A stretch of 64,000 nucleotides of DNA from Eledone cirrhosa (lineage: Eukaryota), in contig OZ024740.1 in assembly GCA_964016885.1 (NCBI GenBank), positions 413,912,001 through 413,976,000 on the forward strand. The letters are read 5' to 3'. Position numbers and translations under genes: made by a program. Shown piece by piece: positions 59,588-64,000 of the stretch. Position 1 is the first letter of the stretch, and each line of letters starts with the position of its first letter. The notes beneath the pieces were generated by a model. That model saw only the letters and a program-made list of their open reading frames with translations. It did no database searches and was not told the origin of the DNA.

Positions 59588-60643
59588 GTATACCCATTTA
59601 CACAAGAGAAGACATCTCTCACACTCCCCAAAGTAGGTGGGAGATCTCCCTGTCGGACAGGGACAGTGGACAGGTCAGTTATATCCTTTTGCGTATGGAG
59701 GAATTTGATATTTTACTTAAGAACAATCAATTGCATTGGCTATAGAGTGTGAAAGAATAAAGATTGGTAGTTGTAATGCCGTGTGTATTAGCAGCGAACC
59801 ACATTTGCAGTGGAGTATGGACGAACAAAGATTAGCAGAGGCAGTTGTATGTGAACGAGCAATCAACGGCGGTTGCTGTAGATTGTGGAAGAGTAGTCAG
59901 CGCTAGATGTAGTAGAATGTGGAAGAGCTCTCAATGACAATTACAGTAAAATCTGGAAGAAATTTCAATTGTAGTTGCAGTAGAATGTGGAAAATTAGTA
60001 AATGTCTGGTGCAGTAGAGTGTGGAAAAGCATAGAATGTCAGGTGTAATACAGTGCAAGCAAAATGAATTGCAGCACTTTACTTAATGTTCTAATTTTAA
60101 TCTTGAACCTTTTCGGTATGGGTAAATTAGAACTAATCAAGTAATTTAATTTTAAAATCTTTCCAATGTTATAAATTAAAATGTTGAAGAACAACAAACA
60201 AATGAAACGATATATTGTTGGACTAAATTTTTACGAGTATTGTTCTGAATTCAAATAATACTGTAGTTGGTTTAATCGACTATATTCTTCGACCATATAC
60301 ATTTGTGGCTTCATGCCAAACTAAGAAATAACTTTTATTGAAAAGTGTCAGAAATGGTACATCACCAGACTAAATGTCTTACAGTATTTAGTTCCCTACA
60401 CCCACCCGGAGTAAATAAAAGGAATGTTGTGTTGGCTATAATCCTCTTATTCTAATTAACAACACTACCAACATCCGAAAATCAATGTTTAAATAGTTAT
60501 AATACTAGGAACAATGTTTTCTGTCATATCTTAGTGAAGCTGCATGGTTGATTATATTGCTCTTGGACTTCACTGGTAGGTATTTCATTGACGTCTATCG
60601 GTGAAAGCAAAATTCAAAACCGACACGATTTTGTTTCATATAT

Positions 60644-60683
<40 letters not shown>

Positions 60684-60684
60684 C

Positions 60685-60814
60685 CTTCCTGATGATTTCT
60701 CACGAATGAAACAGTTCTAATCCTGTAGAAGCTCTTCTATATTAAAACTTTTATACTCTGCTATGTATTGAGTACCTTACATACTGTGGTTACCGCGAAT
60801 TCAACCCGGGATAA

Positions 60815-60820
<6 letters not shown>
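60685..60820 (+). ncRNA. PLE E-family hammerhead (60685-60731) plus ~90 nt tail, between TA tracts
   Basis: cttc-CTGATGA-tttctcacgaat-GAAA-cag ttctaatc ctg-TA-gaag. Confidence 0.8.
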
Positions 60821-60877
<57 letters not shown>

Positions 60878-61008
60878 ATAATAATAAATTTGAAGACTAA
60901 AATCCAAAGAGGGCTTGATAAGAATAAATATATATCAAATATATATCAAATATATAAGAACCGTTAAGGGTGAAAGCAGCGATTCTTTGCTTAAACTTTA
61001 ATCTGTTA

Positions 61009-61069
<61 letters not shown>

Positions 61070-61071
<2 letters not shown>

Positions 61072-61268
61072 CGGAGGAAGTGTGGTAAGGAACCAGGTTG
61101 ACCATAACGCACCAGAGTACTCACTACTTAGGGCAGTAGAGTGGGTAAAACGAAAATGTTCAAGAACCCGACGGCACAGCTCAAGCCATTTCGACGGCTA
61201 TTTCTGGACTCTGAAATAGCAGTCGAAATGGCTTGAGCTCTGCCGGCGGGGTCTTGAACATTTTCCTA
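61070..61268. mobile_element. Fold-back half-hammerhead repeat in (TA)n
   Basis: Same family as 17113 and 40275; ~60 bp inverted arms centred near 61208. Confidence 0.8.
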
Positions 61269-61869
61269 TATATATATATATATAGTTTTGCGAGGTTTTT
61301 CATATGAAATCGTGTGTCGAAACAAATATTGTTATACTTGGGGAGGGTCATATTTGTGTAATATTGCCAGAATTAATAACAGAACACACTCACTGTTTGG
61401 TTGGTTTTCGCTTCTGTGTCTTTTATATCGGTTAATTTAATTTAATTTATTCGGTCCTCAATGTTACCATTCACTGACCAACGGTCAAAAGTACAGATAT
61501 AATATAGACACAAACACATATATATAGTCTAACAAAGTTCTTTCGTTGCACATCTGCAACACCGTCAGTGGTGCTATTATGTTTCCTCCTATTGTATTGT
61601 ATGCCTACGCCATCTTTATTAACCGATATAAAAGACACAGAAGCGAAAGCCAACCAAACAGTGAGTGTGTTCTTTTATTAATTCTGACAATATTATTACA
61701 CAAATATGACCCCCCCTCCGCCCACCCAGTATAACTATATATATATATTTATTCTTAGCTTCGTACGGACGTATAATAACACACACATACACACACATGC
61801 TTACGCACGTGCACAAGTATAGCTGTTTTTACAAAACGGTTTTTTTTTTCCATTTCAAGTAGACGCGCT

Positions 61870-62180
61870 CCGTCATCCACCTTTCTAAAAAATAAATCCT
61901 ACAGAAAACGCCAGCACCAACAGTTTTGCAAGAGATATCAACATGAATGGACATGTTATTTCTATCTAAAGACATTTTTTCCAATTCCCGACCGTCCCCT
62001 CAATCTATCTTATTTCTCATTCTTTCTTCTGATGAAGGATTAGCGTCCGAAACGTTAAGACCTTCTTCCTGCTATATCAAACGTTAACCTAATATATCCC
62101 TTCCATATACTGTACCGATTGTGTTGTTATTTCTGTTTACCTTTTACATATATATTACATATATATTTCTGTTTACCTTT
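61870..62180 (+). mobile_element. pLTR-like repeat with hammerhead at 62025-62060
   Basis: tctt-CTGATGA-a-ggat tagc gtcc-GAAAC-GTT-aaga. Homologue of 15900-16140. Confidence 0.7.
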
Positions 62181-62194
62181 TACACACACACACA

Positions 62195-62249
<55 letters not shown>

Positions 62250-62253
<4 letters not shown>

Positions 62254-63156
62254 GGAAAAAATGAAACGAAATATCATTTCTCACTCTTAGTACGGCTGTT
62301 ACTTAAATATAAGTATGTATACGTACATACATATATGTATACAGACGTACAGTAGTATGTATATATATATACATACAAGCACACATATATATATATGTAC
62401 GTATGGGTTTATCGAACATTTATTATAATGCTCGGTTTGTTTGTAAACAAACAGCCCGGATTAAGCCGTACAGTGTTTAGCAACCATCGTTGCCCTTTTG
62501 TTCAACACTGACAAAGGAACGATGTACTATTAGCTATGGTCAGCATCGTACACCTTCCTGCCAGTTGATTGAACGTCTGAAAGTATATACTTTCCTTATG
62601 CATATTAACGGCTGAGCAGCCTAATTTGCATATCGAGTGAGTTAGTCGGCCGGGCGCACCGAAAGCGATGAATGTTAAAAATGAAACGTACTACTGTAGG
62701 TCTGTATACATATATGTATGTACGTATACACACTTATATTTAAGTAACAGCTGTACTAAGAGTGACAAATGAAATTTCGTTTCATTTTTTCCATTTATCG
62801 TTTTCGTTGCGCACGGCCGACTAACTCACTCGATATGCAAATTAGGCTGCTCAGCCGTTAATATGCATAAGGAAAGTATCAGACGTTCAATCATCTGGCA
62901 GGAAGGTATACTTTGCTGACGATAGCTAATAAGCTTGAAACTAGTACATCGTTCCTTTGTCAGTGTTGAACAAATGAGCAACGATGGTTGCTAAACACTG
63001 TACGGCTTAATCCGGGATGTTTGTTTACAAACACACCGAGCATTATAATAAATGTTTGATGAACCCATACGTACATATATATATATGTGTGCATGTATGT
63101 ATATATATACATACTACTGTACGTCTGTATACATATATGTATTACGTATACATACT

Positions 63157-63160
<4 letters not shown>
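62250..63160. mobile_element. Two permuted ~420 bp units in inverted orientation, with hammerhead at 62911-62951 (+)
   Basis: Same family as 16344-16925. Each arm is slightly longer than one unit. The left-arm HHR has a deletion removing GAAA. Confidence 0.8.
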
Positions 63161-63247
<87 letters not shown>

Positions 63248-63249
<2 letters not shown>

Positions 63250-63439
63250 CAGAGGAATTGTGGTAAGGAACTAAATGGACCATAACGCACCAGAGTCCTC
63301 AATACTTAGGGTAGTAGAGTGGGAAATAGGAAAAAGTATGACCCCGACGACAGAGATCAAGCCGTTTGGACGGCTATTTCTGGTCTATCTACAGAAATAG
63401 CCGTCGAAACGGCTTGAGCTCTGCCGTCGAGGTCAACTT

Positions 63440-63445
<6 letters not shown>
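63248..63445. mobile_element. Fold-back half-hammerhead repeat in (TA)n
   Basis: Same family; cagaaatagccgtc-GAAA-cggc ttgagctct gccg-TC. Confidence 0.8.
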
Positions 63446-63523
<78 letters not shown>

Positions 63524-63567
63524 AAGTTAAATAAAAGTCAAATGATTAAAATTTAGCTTCGTTTATT

Positions 63568-63622
63568 ACTGCTATATATATTTCAGTGACAGCCATCTTT
63601 GGCTGTGACCTCTTCAGGCAGT
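63568..63622 (-). ncRNA. Well-formed type I hammerhead ribozyme
   Basis: actgc-CTGAAGA-ggtcacagcc aaagat ggctgtcact-GAAA-T-ATAT-ATA-gcagt. Stem I is a perfect 5 bp and stem II is 9/10 bp. Confidence 0.85.
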
Positions 63623-64000
63623 TTGAATTAGTATGGTATAGACAAGTACATATGTTGTTTAGGTGTATGATATTGTCAATACTCTGATATGCCCAGTTCC
63701 TTGTTGGGTTGTTAATTCACTGGGGAACTGGAGTCATATGAATTCAAACAAACGAATTTTCGTGTCACAGGTCCCCTTCTCCTCTCATTGGTCAGTTATT
63801 AGAACATTCCTCATTCTAAGTGTTGTTATTGTTGGAGTTAGCTTAAAAATTGATAAAATGGTAGAAGGGACAAGGTGTTAAAGGAACAAAATAACAAAAA
63901 AAGTGTCAAACTTCCCATTGTTCAGTTCTGAGAGCATTCCTCAGTCAGAAGTCTATAGAATTCTTTCTGGGGTGAGGCTCCTTGTAGTGTTTTTGCCTGC

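Overview
AT-rich eukaryotic (animal) intergenic or intronic DNA, saturated with microsatellites ((TA)n, (CA)n, (GA)n, (GATA)n, a ~3 kb CCA-based satellite) and retroelement debris. The repeat content resembles a coleoid cephalopod (Octopus-like) genome; this is inference only. I see no intact host gene, only a few weak exon candidates. The dominant elements are at least seven divergent, decayed Penelope-like retroelements (PLEs) with YRDD-type RT and a C-terminal GIY-YIG endonuclease carrying a CxC..CPLxxxC linker (Hydra-clade-like, tentative). They are accompanied by many short pseudo-LTR and fold-back fragments that almost all sit in (TA)n tracts. Reading both strands gives about 20 type I hammerhead ribozyme (HHR) motifs from many families. 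Three unusual kinds recur: (i) HHRs whose stem II carries a 50-95 nt insertion, at PLE 3' ends; (ii) HHRs with a compensatory U3-A8 core (UUGANAA); (iii) HHRs with a 0-2 nt, palindromic stem III loop that should only fold as dimers. Two ORF-less, tandem or circularly permuted HHR-bearing units (~430 and 544 bp) look retrozyme-like. Also present: two tRNA-derived SINE families, R4/Dong-like, CRE-like and Tx1/L1-like LINE fragments, and a TTAA piggyBac-type MITE. All structures were paired by eye and coordinates are approximate to a few bases.
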